A DNA stretch of 64,000 nucleotides, taken from Cyanidioschyzon merolae. Lineage: Eukaryota. The position numbers and the translations under genes are program-made. The notes under the pieces were generated by a model. It was given only the letters and a program-made list of their open reading frames with translations, was not told the origin of the DNA and ran no database searches. The first letter of the stretch is position 1; every line of letters begins with the position of its first letter. Of this stretch, positions 1-11,194 are shown one piece after another. The stretch lies in the NCBI GenBank assembly GCA_000091205.1, contig AP006496.2. One strand, written 5' to 3'.

Positions 1-773
1 ATGAACGCGAACACCGAGATCGTGTCCAGTCGTCTGTTGCACAGTCTGTGGCGTGGTGACTGCGGTGCGCGCGTCGGAACAGGCTGTCCGCTACGCCCAC
101 TGGTGTCTGGTCCGTAAGCGGATCGTGTCGGCCCAGGGCGAACCGAGAACGCAACCTTGCAGGGAGTCTCTTCCAGGGCGAGACTTCCGACTAGAGAGCC
201 ACCGATCCTGTCTGTTGGGATGCGTGGAGGCGTATCAGGCGTCGACGCGGAACACAAACGCTGTGGAGCGGGTACCACGTCCCGTGATGGCTGTGTTGGA
301 CCTGAGCTCTGCCTCTGCCGCTGGTGAATCGCTACGCAACCGTGCCGCGCAATCGGCACTCTCCGACGGGCATCCTCTTTGCACCTAGACGCCTAGCGGG
401 TTGTGTCCCAGTGACTACCAGATTCAAGAAGCCGTACCCGCTGCGGCGACACGTCCCGGACGAAATCAAGCGCAGTTTCGGCTGCAAGACGCGCCTAGTC
501 CCTGGTTATCGCACACTCCGCGTGCAAACCTGTGCGTTGTTGTTGGCAAGGCTGCATGGTTGCACGCGCCGAGCGCGATACCACCCCGTACCCGGATACC
601 AGCACAGACCTGAGGTCGCACGCTTCATTCATGGTACACGAGCACCTCGAGGACATCTCGCATAGGATCCGAACCCAGTCGTTTTTCACAGCATTTTCCT
701 CATTCAAGTCGTGATGTATTCGTCAAATGCGAAGCGATGAGAGCGTTTAAGGTGCGTGACTGGAGTATCTCGA

Positions 774-2555
774 TCAGAGCGCATCGCGTGCGGGGCAGAG
801 CGGTCCCAACGCACGACAAATCATGATGAGGAAGCGGGCATACGGATGAATTCCGCTTCTGCTGAACGTCGGTTGGGGCGGGGTTTGCGTTTGCGCATGA
901 GGCGCGATCGACCAGGCGCTCGCAGTGTACCGCTTGACCCGATGGTAGACGCGGAGAGGGAGAAACGCGAGGTGCGCCCATACCTGCGAAACGCGGCCGC
1001 TGTAGCAAGATACCAGATGATCGTTCACGAGAAGCGTCCCTGTATCGGTGAGTGGTGCCAATGCACCATGCACAGTGGTTTGATCAATCCGCACGACAAT
1101 GGCGGTGGTCAGCGCCTCCACGAGCAGCCTGGAGCCGACCTCCAACCTGCACGCTGGTACCATCTTGATCTGGCCATCGGAGGGGGATTTCACCGCCACC
1201 AAATGATCCGCAGAGAGTTCCAATGTGCCATGATCCGTAGTGATCCGGAGATAGAAGACTCCATAGTCCTCGGGTTCATAGTCTGCAAATCCGTACACTT
1301 GCGTCAGCAGACGAGCGTGCGGCTCAGTGGCGGCACGTGTCCATATCCATTCGCCGACACGCAGCTCTCGAAGGGCTCGCATCGAGCCGTTGCGCAAGCG
1401 CACCTGCATTTCTCCCGAGAGGCAGTTGCCTCGACGCGGTAGCGTCGCCCGTTCGCGCACGACCACAGCCGGCAAAATGAGGTCACCCGCCGAGGGCCAG
1501 AACGCACCCTCCAGGGATCCGTCGATCGGGGCATACACGGGAAACGTGTTCAGGTAGGGATCCGGCGGGCAGCGCGTCGTTCCCGCAAAATCGTGGCACT
1601 GGAACGCCACGTTGTACGTGATCTGGTATGCGCTGTTTTGTATGAAGTTCACATCGACGAGCTCGTGGCAGTACGGCTCGGAGCCCGCATAGCCGCCTTC
1701 GTCGACGGTGATTGTTGCGCCCCCGCGAATCGGGAACACGAAGGCAACGCCCGGATGGCGGATGCCGACGAGCGCCAGCGGCAAGTTCTGCACGGGGCCT
1801 TCAATTGGGGCGTACGGCCCAGTGCCAATGTGTGTCAGGCCGGTTTCCAGGTACGCTGGCCAGAAGGCGTTCCCGAATGCGTACCAGCCGCTGCCGAGAA
1901 CACCGCGGGTGAGCACCACGACGCCTTGTGATTCAGTAGGGTTCTGGAACGTCCAGCGTACCAAGCCCGCTGCTTGATCCACCCAAGTCCAGTGGACCTG
2001 GATTCCACGCCCACTCTGACAGAAGAAGCCGGTGCTGGTCGGGCTCGAAATCGGCGATGGAGGCGCGCTGACTGTTCTCGACTGTGACGAAGGTGTCGAT
2101 GGCGTGTCCGATTGCCGCTGAGATGGAGTCTGAACCAGCGTGGGTGTCGGTACCGTCGAGCAGCCACAGCAACAGCAATCGCGAGTACAGCACGACATAC
2201 AGCACGGGTAGCCAATGGTGGGTATGCTCGGGATCTGCGCATTGAGCGAGGGAATCTGCCCAAAAGAAACCGGAGGCAGAGACGGAAACGTGAATTTGAG
2301 CATGCCCACGGATCGTTCTCCATGCTCCAATGCGGATAACCAAGTTGAGCTTGTTCCGTTTGGCGTCTCTGTGCGAAACGATGCGTTCACCACGCGTGCG
2401 GATTCTGCGTTACGTGTCCATCCCGACCCGGTACTGCACTCTGTTTGCCTCACGGAGAAAGAGCGTGATTGAGCCGCTGCCAAGTGCTGAACAAATGCAC
2501 TGCTCGAGAGCCACCAGAGCATCAAAAGCGAGCGAAACCTTCTCGTTGAAATCAT
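774..2555 (-). CDS. Secreted Hint (Hedgehog/intein-type autoprocessing, Hog) domain protein with Cys-rich and S/T/P-rich N-terminal region
   Basis: Single 593-aa ORF starting at a true ATG (plus 2553-2555 = cat). N-terminal hydrophobic signal-like segment MISTRRFRSLLMLWWLSSSAFV. A Cys cluster (CCMSCCTRDCCCCGC) and an S/T/P-rich linker follow. The C-terminal half matches the Hint module: GNC-LSGEMQVRLRNGSMRALRELRVGEWIW (Cys-initiated N-extein junction), TTDHGTLELSADHLVAV and HGALAPLTDTGTLLVNDHLVSCYS, which parallels the hedgehog Hog motif ...APLT..GT..V..VLASCYA. Confidence 0.6.
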   Translation of the reverse strand: MISTRRFRSLLMLWWLSSSAFVQHLAAAQSRSFSVRQTECSTGSGWTRNAESARVVNASFRTETPNGTSSTWLSALEHGERSVGMLKFTFPSLPPVSFGQIPSLNAQIPSIPTIGYPCCMSCCTRDCCCCGCSTVPTPTLVQTPSQRQSDTPSTPSSQSRTVSAPPSPISSPTSTGFFCQSGRGIQVHWTWVDQAAGLVRWTFQNPTESQGVVVLTRGVLGSGWYAFGNAFWPAYLETGLTHIGTGPYAPIEGPVQNLPLALVGIRHPGVAFVFPIRGGATITVDEGGYAGSEPYCHELVDVNFIQNSAYQITYNVAFQCHDFAGTTRCPPDPYLNTFPVYAPIDGSLEGAFWPSAGDLILPAVVVRERATLPRRGNCLSGEMQVRLRNGSMRALRELRVGEWIWTRAATEPHARLLTQVYGFADYEPEDYGVFYLRITTDHGTLELSADHLVAVKSPSDGQIKMVPACRLEVGSRLLVEALTTAIVVRIDQTTVHGALAPLTDTGTLLVNDHLVSCYSGRVSQVWAHLAFLPLRVYHRVKRYTASAWSIAPHAQTQTPPQPTFSRSGIHPYARFLIMICRALGPLCPARDAL

Positions 2556-5299
2556 GGGGACTGCTCTAGTTGGTAAAGCACTTCACAGAGGCGAAAATTC
2601 CATGTTGCGTTGTCGGTGAAGTTGTACATGCGTTTCACGCATGTTTCCCGCCATGCCCACGGACGGATGTTCGAGCGTTCACGCATGGATGCGCGTGCGT
2701 GTCTGCAGAATCTCGAACGTGTCTGGACACGTGTCCGTCGTGCATGCATGCGTTTTCGCGATTTTCCTGGACGATTGTACGGACGGGGGTGCTTCGTAGC
2801 GGGGTGCTTGCGTTCCCGTACCCGCAGCCTCTTTGAACTGCGTCGCTCGAACGAAGGCGACGCCCCGAACACGAGCATAAGCGACCATCTGCCGAGGTAT
2901 CGAGTTCAGCGTTGACAGACCAGCTGGTCTCGCTCCTTGCCCAGACTCTACGAGATGCCGCCAAAGCCTTTCCTGATCAGGATGACGATGAAAAGCTGTA
3001 AAAAGGGAGCTCTTCGCGCTGCTGTGAGCAGACGCGAGCATCACTGTTCATGCTGAGCTCGGGGTGCGCTCGTAGCGATTCAGGTCGCGGAATCGGGCGC
3101 GAGCCATGGCGAGCGCCGAGGAACGGCGCTTCTGGACGCAAGCGGAGACGCATTGGCACCGATTTCAAATCCTGCCAGCACAATCCTCCTGCATCGTGGA
3201 CAATCTCTCGCAACCGGGAGCTGTGAATGTGCTTCCATACGCGCACCACATTCACTGCAGGCGCAACACCGACGTCTAAGATGCCCAGCGCTGGGTTCAA
3301 AGAACCGAACTTGGTGCACATCGATTGAAAACTAGGCTGTTGAAGCTGCCAGATATGCTGCTCTCCTTCCGCGATGCACACATGCCACGAATGCCAGAGT
3401 CATTTTCGAGCGTCTGCGGCATCAGAATCTACAGTGAAACTCCCGCCTGTGAAAAAACCTGTGCGCCAGCGGGCAAGCGAGAGTCGCTCGGTTCAATCAC
3501 TTGGCCATGCTCGAATGCGCATGCAAAGCTCCCGGATCTGCAGGGGCGCTGCGGGCGGCATTCCTTTGGCAAATGTCATGGTTCATCGGGCTCGCTTCAC
3601 AGGAGGTCGAGCATTGGCGCCATGGAGTCGCATGGCGCGGAATGGCACTCCACGTGTCAGCGGACGATGTGCATGCCGCAACCGCGCCTGCATGCCGTGA
3701 ATCCTCGACATCCGGGTCTGCGCAGCGGAATGTCAAGAACCCGCCACCAACAACACCCGCTGATTCTCGACGAGCTCCGTCTAGACCAGTCGTGGGATCG
3801 TCAATGCGTACACAAAGCAAAGGCTTTTGCTCTGTCTTTCACAGAACGCGTCGCGAGCGCCCTATTTTAGAATTCGTATCCGCTATTCCTCAGCAAGGAA
3901 TGTGCACTGCGTTTACATCGATTTCGGGAAGAATTTCTCGTGAAAATACCAGAGACTGTTTGTTGTAGAACGCTGCGCACATGCACCTGATGCCTGCTTC
4001 AACCAATGAGGTGCGAGGCACCGAGTAGCGCAGTGCCTTCACAGCATCTTTTCGTTGCATTGACTTTGATTTCTCTGTGGCGGCGCCAGTGAGGGCATGA
4101 TATTGGTTGGTTCTGCTTCTCAGGCCGTTCGTCGCCGATGAATCCTGGCAACAGCAACGTACAGTATGTCGCTTACAGCTCGCGAGCAACGACTCTTCTC
4201 TTGGAAAACGTCTTCGGCATGTGAGGTTCGCATCAACCTACAATCCGCACACTCCATCGTCGACCGGCCTCTCGTGAGTCCCATATTAAAAAGCTTGTAA
4301 AGACAAAGCGTCTCTGCTACTCGGAAGTACGTTTGGCTTCTTTGCACGAACTTGCTGCGAAACGCGTTTCTCAGAAACGTCAAGGCGCCGAGGCTTTTTC
4401 ATCGTATGCCTTCAGAAGAGCAAGCACACGCTGCATCGTGGTAGGCCGGCTCTCTGTTACAGCACCAGTCGCGCCACGTATACCTCGTGACGACTGTGTG
4501 GTTCCCAGACTCCCCGCCGTTCTCTCCGTCGGTCTGCCGAGCTCCATAGCAAGTGTGATACCCTTGGACGCTTCCATTACATAACTTTCTAGCTTTCGCT
4601 CCCGTTCCTCGGGATCTTCCATCAAACGAGAAATCCAGTACTTTATAAGGTTCATATGGGGGCTCCTACTGCTGCGACTGCGCTAACTCGCGCCCGTTGC
4701 AACCTCTGCGGCTTTGGGCGCTAGACTAGACACTTGGCGTGTCACGCGATGCGTTCGATTCCGTCACACGAACGGTGAAGGCCCGGCCCGCGGCCCTGCA
4801 GGGATGGCGCTGCGGCATCGCATTACCCAGCGGCCACAGATGACGCGTTGGCTGGTAGCGTTTACCCGAGCGCTTCATCATTGCCGGGTACCAGGTGCGG
4901 TAGACAAGTCGTTGCACCAGCGGAAACGTACGGTGAATCTATTTTGCTTTGTGGAGTTGTTTGGGACGCCCGGCGGACGAAGGGTAGTAACGCAAACGAG
5001 CGAAAGGCCCACTTAAACGGGATTTGGAACAGAGTTCCGCTCCGTTACCGCGTTTGGAGCGACCCGCAAGCACTCGAACGAACAACGCGGTCGCTTGGAG
5101 GCCGTTGCACCGCAGCTGCCGTTTTCCCGCAAATTGGTTGCGGTTCCTCTAGTATTCATCCATTGTAGTTGACGTGGAAAGCCTGTGGGTGAAGTTTGAA
5201 ACTTCGGGCTAGTGTACGATCCTGTGCAAGGGCTTTCGTGCCAACGACGGCGGCTGGTGACTACCAACAACTACTCCAGCCGCCGCGCCGTGAGGCACC

Positions 5300-7264
5300 A
5301 TGAGCTTCGTGGGGCCCAAACCGACACCGACCTCCCGCATACGGAAGGACGACTCGCCGGAAACACGCAGCAACGGCAGTAGTGTGTCGCCAGTGGATAC
5401 CTCACCGCGAACCGCGCCACAAGAGGCGCAGCTTCAGCTCCCGAAGCGACGTGACTGGTACCGGATTCCGAATGCGGCAAGCGCCGGCGGAGTCGGGTTC
5501 TCTGATCGAGCAGAGCTCGAGCGACAGCGCCACGTTGTCCGGGATATGCTTCGGCAGGTTGGTTCTAGCTTCATTGAAGGCAAAGACCTCGTGAACGTAA
5601 GTTTACCGATTCGTCTGTTTGAGCCGCGCTCGTTCCTTCAGCGCCTAACCGATGATTGGGCGTATTGCTCAACGCTATTGAAAGCAGCTGCGCACGCGAC
5701 CGACACACTCGATCGCTTCAAGTTAACGATTGCGTTTGCCATTGCGGGTCTACACAAGTCGGCAACCATGTTCAAACCGTTCAATCCTTTGCTTGGGGAG
5801 ACCTTTCAAGCGTGTATGCCTAGTGATGGAACCCGGATTTATCTGGAGCAAACTTGTCATCACCCGCCGGTGACGCACTGGCGCATCCGTGCCGCAGACC
5901 GATCCTATGAGTTCACCGGTTTCGGCGCGTACAGCGCTCGCGTGCAGCTATTTGAGAACGCGATTCGCGCACAACGCCTCGGCGTCAACGTTGTCCATTT
6001 TCGCGATGGATCGCGCATTATTTTCTGGCTACCCTACATGAAAATACATGGCATTGTGTTTGGCGAGCGGCGCTTGGAATATCTAGGAAAGGCGGTGTTC
6101 TTGTACGAACCGCCACGCAATTTCACGACATCCGGTATACCGAGCCGAGCCTCGCTCTCAGACGGTGAAAACACCGAACAACGGCGAAGCAGCGAGACTT
6201 TTGCGGAGCCGGATCGAGCGCTCGTTGCGGTCATGCTTCTGAACAGCGAAAAAACTGGATTCGTTGGCACGCTTCGTGGCGTTGCACGCGGCATCGGTCG
6301 CATGTTTGGCGGTCGTAACAACAACAACAGCAGCAGCAATAACGCTAACGCTAACACCAATGCCAATGTCAGCAAGAGAACCCCAGTCGCAGGTGGCCGT
6401 CCCGTTAGCTACCCGACAGGGCGAGCTTCGAATGGCGCCATATCGGGGTTGGATACGAGCCGTCCGATACCAACAGATGTGTTTCGTGGCATCATCGCTA
6501 GTGTGGATGCACCACAGACACCGAACGCTGGCTATCTTGCCGGTGACGACTCGAGCACGACTCCAAGTCAGCCAGGCAGGCCCGGGCAACCCATACTGAA
6601 CGCACAGCGACGCAAAAGAATTACCCGCCGGCAGGTCAAGCAGCTTCTGGCAGAGTTTGCTACGCGTAATGGTCCGCTTGCCTCCAGTCCATGGTCGTCC
6701 ATGGACTGGCGAGCGAGCCAAGACGTGGACCAGGTTGCCGTTCGAGAGCAAGCGCCGAGTCTGTCGGTCACCGATGGCGTCTCCGATGCAAACCTGCAGC
6801 GTTCGTCGTTGTCGTCGTCCTCATTGGCTTCATCGGCACGCAACGATCCGTACCGGGGCGCCGGCAGACGCCAGCGTTCCCACAGCGCCCTCGATCCCGT
6901 TGTATTATGTAGTTTCGAGGGCACATACCTCGGATTCGTTGATTTTGATGGGCAACGATACTGGGATATTCGTGATATGCCAGGTGAGGCGCCGCTTCCG
7001 GTGCCGCTCGAGGAGGCGCTGCCCAGCGATAGCCGTTTCCGCGAAGATGCGCGGGCGCTTGCAGGCGCACTGCAGCCTGGGTTAAGTGAGCGAGAGCAAA
7101 GCGATCGCATGATGAAGGCGCAAGCAGCAAAAGAACGCGTGGAGAATCAACAGCGTGCAGATCGGGTCCTTCGCGAACGAGGTCGCCGCGAGCGTGGCAT
7201 CAAAGAATCCAACGCATTTGTTCCTGAGCGCATTCTCCGCGAAGATACGTGTTACTGGCCTTGA
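5300..7264 (+). CDS. Oxysterol-binding protein (OSBP/ORP family)
   Basis: 654-aa ORF from ATG at 5300. Contains the OSBP fingerprint region KPFNPLLGETFQ...EQTCHHPPVTHW (family signature EQVSHHPP). An N/S-rich low-complexity insert and a C-terminal K/E/R-rich coiled-coil-like tail are present. Confidence 0.8.
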   Translation: MSFVGPKPTPTSRIRKDDSPETRSNGSSVSPVDTSPRTAPQEAQLQLPKRRDWYRIPNAASAGGVGFSDRAELERQRHVVRDMLRQVGSSFIEGKDLVNVSLPIRLFEPRSFLQRLTDDWAYCSTLLKAAAHATDTLDRFKLTIAFAIAGLHKSATMFKPFNPLLGETFQACMPSDGTRIYLEQTCHHPPVTHWRIRAADRSYEFTGFGAYSARVQLFENAIRAQRLGVNVVHFRDGSRIIFWLPYMKIHGIVFGERRLEYLGKAVFLYEPPRNFTTSGIPSRASLSDGENTEQRRSSETFAEPDRALVAVMLLNSEKTGFVGTLRGVARGIGRMFGGRNNNNSSSNNANANTNANVSKRTPVAGGRPVSYPTGRASNGAISGLDTSRPIPTDVFRGIIASVDAPQTPNAGYLAGDDSSTTPSQPGRPGQPILNAQRRKRITRRQVKQLLAEFATRNGPLASSPWSSMDWRASQDVDQVAVREQAPSLSVTDGVSDANLQRSSLSSSSLASSARNDPYRGAGRRQRSHSALDPVVLCSFEGTYLGFVDFDGQRYWDIRDMPGEAPLPVPLEEALPSDSRFREDARALAGALQPGLSEREQSDRMMKAQAAKERVENQQRADRVLRERGRRERGIKESNAFVPERILREDTCYWP

Positions 7265-7461
7265 AGAGGTTGTATGCAAAGTGCCACATGTTCGACGCTC
7301 CAGGGCTTGCACGAGCACGCATCGATCGGCTTTTCGGACGCACGCATCCATGCATTCATGCGTGCATCCATGCGCTGCATGCATCGAGGCGCTGCGACGC
7401 TACCAGCACCAGCCATTGGCAGGCGTGCGGCACCGCCCGATTGATGCCGGCTGCTGCAGCG

Positions 7462-8460
7462 TTACGGCTGTGCGCGCGCTGTACTCGTTGCAGATACGCA
7501 GGGTCGAACGATAAAAATCACGCCGTCACCGCGCACAAACAGGCGCGAGATGAATCGCTCGCGCAAGTCTGGAGGCCGATCGGGTTGTGACTCCTGCCAG
7601 ATTTCCCGTACATGCTCCATAATGAGGTTAAAGTGCTTATCATAGGCGCGCAGCGTGCCGTAGAGCTTTTTATTATGACGACAGCTCACGAGACACGGCA
7701 CTCGATCGGTGATGCACCGGTCGAGCAGCGTGAACGGTGTTCGCGGCGAGCCGTTTGCGGCATGCACTGCTGGCTTCAGAGCTGACGCAGCGCTTTCGCT
7801 GCTATTCGGAATGCTCTGCGTCGTTGCTGGGGTCGTCGCTGCGATTAGCGTTTGGTAGGATGTCGAAGCTTCTGCTGCAGCGCTGAGCTCTGATGCGGCA
7901 GGCGTTGCCCCAGCTTGATCCAAGTGCGTGTCGTGTGCATCAAGGGGTCTTCGTTTCCGGGGCGCGGTAGGCGGGGCGCTGGCCGGCTCCGCCCAGCGTC
8001 GTTTTCGTCGTTGCGTGGTGGTCGTGCTCTGTGGATACGCGCTAGACTGGATCGGTGACGGCGATAGAGCAGCAGGGTCCAGGGTTTGAGCCAACTTCTG
8101 CTCCTGCTGCTGCTCCTGCTGCTGCTCCTGCTGCTGCTCCTGCTGCTGCTCCTGCTGCTGCTCCTGCTGCTGCTCCTGCTGCTGCTCCTGCTGCTGCGCG
8201 GACGATGTCGTCGTTGCGTCTCCAAGGTTGGTAGCCCGACCAGCTTCTCCCTGTGTGGCTCCAGGCGCGACGCTAGAGTCCTCATCGCGAGCCTCTTGTT
8301 CGAGTTTCACACCTAACAGGTCCAGCAAACGTTTTTGGAGTTCAGCCTTTCTACCGCTGGTTGGAGCTTCTCGCGCGGCAAGCTCCCGACGGAGCTGCGC
8401 CACCGTCAGTCCCGCTACAGCCCCCGCTTCTAAAGCAGTGGGCTGATCAACTGGAGGCAT
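7462..8460 (-). CDS. SAP-domain, Q/E-repeat, C-terminal Sm-like (LSm fold) protein
   Basis: 332-aa ORF with true ATG (plus 8458-8460 = cat). N-terminal SAP motif LTVAQLRRELAAREAPTSGRKAELQKRLLDLLG. Central (QQQE)n run. C-terminal Sm1/Sm2-like segments: RVPCLVSCRHNKKLYGTLRAYDKHFNLIMEHVRE and RLFVRGDGVIFIV. Confidence 0.55.
   Translation of the reverse strand: MPPVDQPTALEAGAVAGLTVAQLRRELAAREAPTSGRKAELQKRLLDLLGVKLEQEARDEDSSVAPGATQGEAGRATNLGDATTTSSAQQQEQQQEQQQEQQQEQQQEQQQEQQQEQQQEQKLAQTLDPAALSPSPIQSSAYPQSTTTTQRRKRRWAEPASAPPTAPRKRRPLDAHDTHLDQAGATPAASELSAAAEASTSYQTLIAATTPATTQSIPNSSESAASALKPAVHAANGSPRTPFTLLDRCITDRVPCLVSCRHNKKLYGTLRAYDKHFNLIMEHVREIWQESQPDRPPDLRERFISRLFVRGDGVIFIVRPCVSATSTARAQP
8096..8200. 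repeat. Imperfect (CTG/CTC)n trinucleotide microsatellite inside the SAP-Sm CDS, encoding the (QQQE)n tract
   Basis: Visible run ctgctcctgctgctgctcctgctg... across about 100 bp. Confidence 0.85.
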
Positions 8461-9093
8461 TCCTGCTCGCCAAGAGTGCTTATTTGGGCGTCATTAAACG
8501 ACCAGCGTTGACGATTGCACCAGCTTTACAACGAACGTCACGGAATGCGATCCATTCGCAGGGCGTTCGCAGAAACGCGTGTTCCGACGCCGCGCCCAGG
8601 TGGCATTGCAGCAGCTAGGATCAAGCGTTGTTGGTGCGGGGCTTTCACGCCTCTGTAGAACAGTTGCTCCTGGTGTTGTCATTGTTTTGTTTTTGGGCAG
8701 ACGAGACGCTTACAGGTAAGCACTGGGTAGGTCGTGTTGTTCTCCACAATGAGAACTCTGAGTTAGCCACGAGAGGGGGCGCCGCTGCTTCACGGGCTCG
8801 AAGCCTTGTCGCTGGGCACCAGTCTGGCGGGATGGGTTCGGATCTAGTACTGGGTGCTGGTTTGAACCTGAAAACGCGTCTGAATCCGAGGTATGCACCA
8901 CGCTAAGGTGTAGTGTTTACGCTGTCGGCGCGTTGAAGCGGACTTGCTGTTTCAGGAGTGCACACGTGAAAGGCCCCTTGGCCGTGACAAGCAGCGCACA
9001 CTGCGTGCCGCAGCTCAACAGACGTACTGCTTTCGCCTGGAGGCGCCGAAAGGGCGGCGGTGGTGGTGCTTTGGCGACGACCTAAGCCGGAGA

Positions 9094-10662
9094 TCATAAC
9101 CGGGTATCGTCGCTGACCTGCGGCGTTGCAACTTGGTTCTCCAACTGAGCGTAGACGTCGCAAAGCTGTTGAGCGGTTTCCCTCGCGAGATCAAACTCGT
9201 CCAAGTTCGACGCAAAGGGCGGTTCTCGGCAGTAGTTGTCCAGAAAAGCGTTGCGTCTGCGAAGCTTGTCGTAGGCAGCGATGGTGCGTCCCAACAACGT
9301 CGAGATGCCAGTGTGGTTTGCGAGCATAAGGCCGCGGACGCGGTGGGTGCATTTCAAGTAGGGGGACTTGCGAGCGAGCGTCACCTGTACGTTTGCTGAT
9401 GTAAGTGGTGTGAAACCGAGGTTTTCACGCTCCATCAGTCGCTGCAAGCTCCTCTGCACTTCGGAGGGGTCCTCGATTTCACCCTGTAGAACACCCAGCA
9501 GGGAAAGGTAGGAGCCACGACGAAGCGGGCAGCTCGCCATCAAGCTTTTTGGCTGGACTAGGCGTCGCATCACATCGTATACAGAGGTTTTTCGAATACG
9601 GCTTTCAGCGACCGGGAGCACTTGCGGCAGGCAGTCGACACCGGACGCGATCTGGTTAGTGTCCACATGTTTGGCGTTCATCTGGTTGGCGCCAGCGCCT
9701 GTGTAAATCGTGAGCGGTGTACAACTTGCCACCAGAAAGTGACAAGGCGGGAGCGGCACCAATGTAGACATCAGCTCCCGCAGATCTTGGTGGCTGTACG
9801 CTGGGAATCGCATCGTCGTGGTCGACGCTGCCATGACCATCGACACGAGGGCGTTCGTCTGGTCGAAGGTAGGGTTGTCCACGTACAAACGCTCACTCGC
9901 GATGCGGTTTAGTGCTGCATTATCGAGCACCGTGACCATATCCGCAAATTCAACGAGTCGTCGCAAGGTCAGTAGCGAGTTGTACGGCTGCACAACAACA
10001 TCGCTGAACATGGCGTTCGCATCGTCTTCTTCAGCGCCGCTGCCGCCACCGCTGGCTAGCCCCGTGGCGGCGCTGCCGCTGTTCGCATAATCCCTTGCGT
10101 CTGCATGGCGTTCGCCCGAGGCCACTGCGTACGACTGGTTCGGAAGGATAGAATAGGTCTGCACGACCTGCTTCGGGTAGCGATCGTGAAGCTGTTCCAT
10201 AACGTAGGAGCCGAGACCGCTTCCGGTCCCGCCAGCAACCGAGTGGCAAATTTGAAAGCCTGCTAAGCACTCGGCGTTCTCCGCCTCACGGTCGATCATA
10301 TCGAAGAGGAGCTCGTCGAGCATCTGTCCCTGGGTATAGCCGCTCGCCCAGTTGTTGCCCGCGCCACCTCGATCCCGAATGTCAAGAAAATAGTTTTCAG
10401 GGTTGAACAGTGACCCGTAGGCGGAGTTCTTAATCGATTGAATCACGCGAGGCTCCAGGTCAATAAGCAGTGCTCGTGGAACGTGCCTGCGATCGTCCGC
10501 TTCATAAAAGAAGGCGTCCTTGCGGTCCACGTTCGGGGCTGCGTAAGGTTCTAGCCGCCCATCCGGCCCTATGGCGTGCTCCAAACATAGCTGCTTCCAA
10601 AACTCGAGACCAATCTGATTCCCACACTGTCCTACTTGCAGCGTAAGCACCTCGCGCGGCAT
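9094..10662 (-). CDS. TUBG: gamma-tubulin
   Basis: 522-aa single ORF, true ATG at 10660-10662 (plus cat). N-terminus [25 protein letters not shown] matches the canonical gamma-tubulin [21 protein letters not shown]. Tubulin GGTGSG nucleotide-binding loop present ([13 protein letters not shown]). Contains a G/S/A/E/D-rich insertion of about 45 aa ([38 protein letters not shown]) between conserved blocks. Confidence 0.9.
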   Translation of the reverse strand: MPREVLTLQVGQCGNQIGLEFWKQLCLEHAIGPDGRLEPYAAPNVDRKDAFFYEADDRRHVPRALLIDLEPRVIQSIKNSAYGSLFNPENYFLDIRDRGGAGNNWASGYTQGQMLDELLFDMIDREAENAECLAGFQICHSVAGGTGSGLGSYVMEQLHDRYPKQVVQTYSILPNQSYAVASGERHADARDYANSGSAATGLASGGGSGAEEDDANAMFSDVVVQPYNSLLTLRRLVEFADMVTVLDNAALNRIASERLYVDNPTFDQTNALVSMVMAASTTTMRFPAYSHQDLRELMSTLVPLPPCHFLVASCTPLTIYTGAGANQMNAKHVDTNQIASGVDCLPQVLPVAESRIRKTSVYDVMRRLVQPKSLMASCPLRRGSYLSLLGVLQGEIEDPSEVQRSLQRLMERENLGFTPLTSANVQVTLARKSPYLKCTHRVRGLMLANHTGISTLLGRTIAAYDKLRRRNAFLDNYCREPPFASNLDEFDLARETAQQLCDVYAQLENQVATPQVSDDTRL

Positions 10663-11194
10663 CGAGGTTTCAGGTACGAAGCCGCTGCCGCCTCACTGCG
10701 GAAGCGCAGCGCTTGTGTACCCGCGCGCGTCAGCGCTGCGTGCCGGCGTGCGTCGAGCGGATCGATGCGCGCGCGCGCCCCGCCGGAAATTCAAAATTCG
10801 CTCGCGTTCCTGAATCGCCGCGTGATGATGCCAGCTGCGGTGGCGCGATAGCGGCGATAGCGTTGTCGACGCTCGGCACGTCGTGCGTGCGTCACCCGTA
10901 GGCAGTGCGCGAGGCACTGGGGCCCGGGGCGTGCGACCTGCAGCCGTACTCATGAGTGAAGGAGGAAAGAACGATTACCCGGCGCACTCGGAGTTGATTG
11001 AAGGGTACGTAGCAGGAAATCGGAAAGGGGAACCGACGCTCACGCCTCAGGCAATCGACACGAACACCAGGAATAACATGGATGCACTGTGTGTGCCGAC
11101 GTCGTCGAAAGCTGCGGAGCCTGAGGTGCTTGCTACGGTTTCCGCTCAAGCCGTAGAAACCCTGGATGACTGTGCTGATACAGCGTATCCATCC

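Noticed and set aside
6158-6751. Many 100-250-aa ORFs antisense to or overlapping confirmed genes (for example 6158-6751 -, 12365-12946 +, 15273-16013 +, 29311-30195 -, 36400-37125 -, 37350-38099 -, 38744-39391 -, 44869-45483 -, 63303-63857 -).
   Set aside because: Expected background in GC-rich DNA (few stop codons). Arg/Ala/Pro-rich, with no motifs, and always shadowing a better-supported gene.
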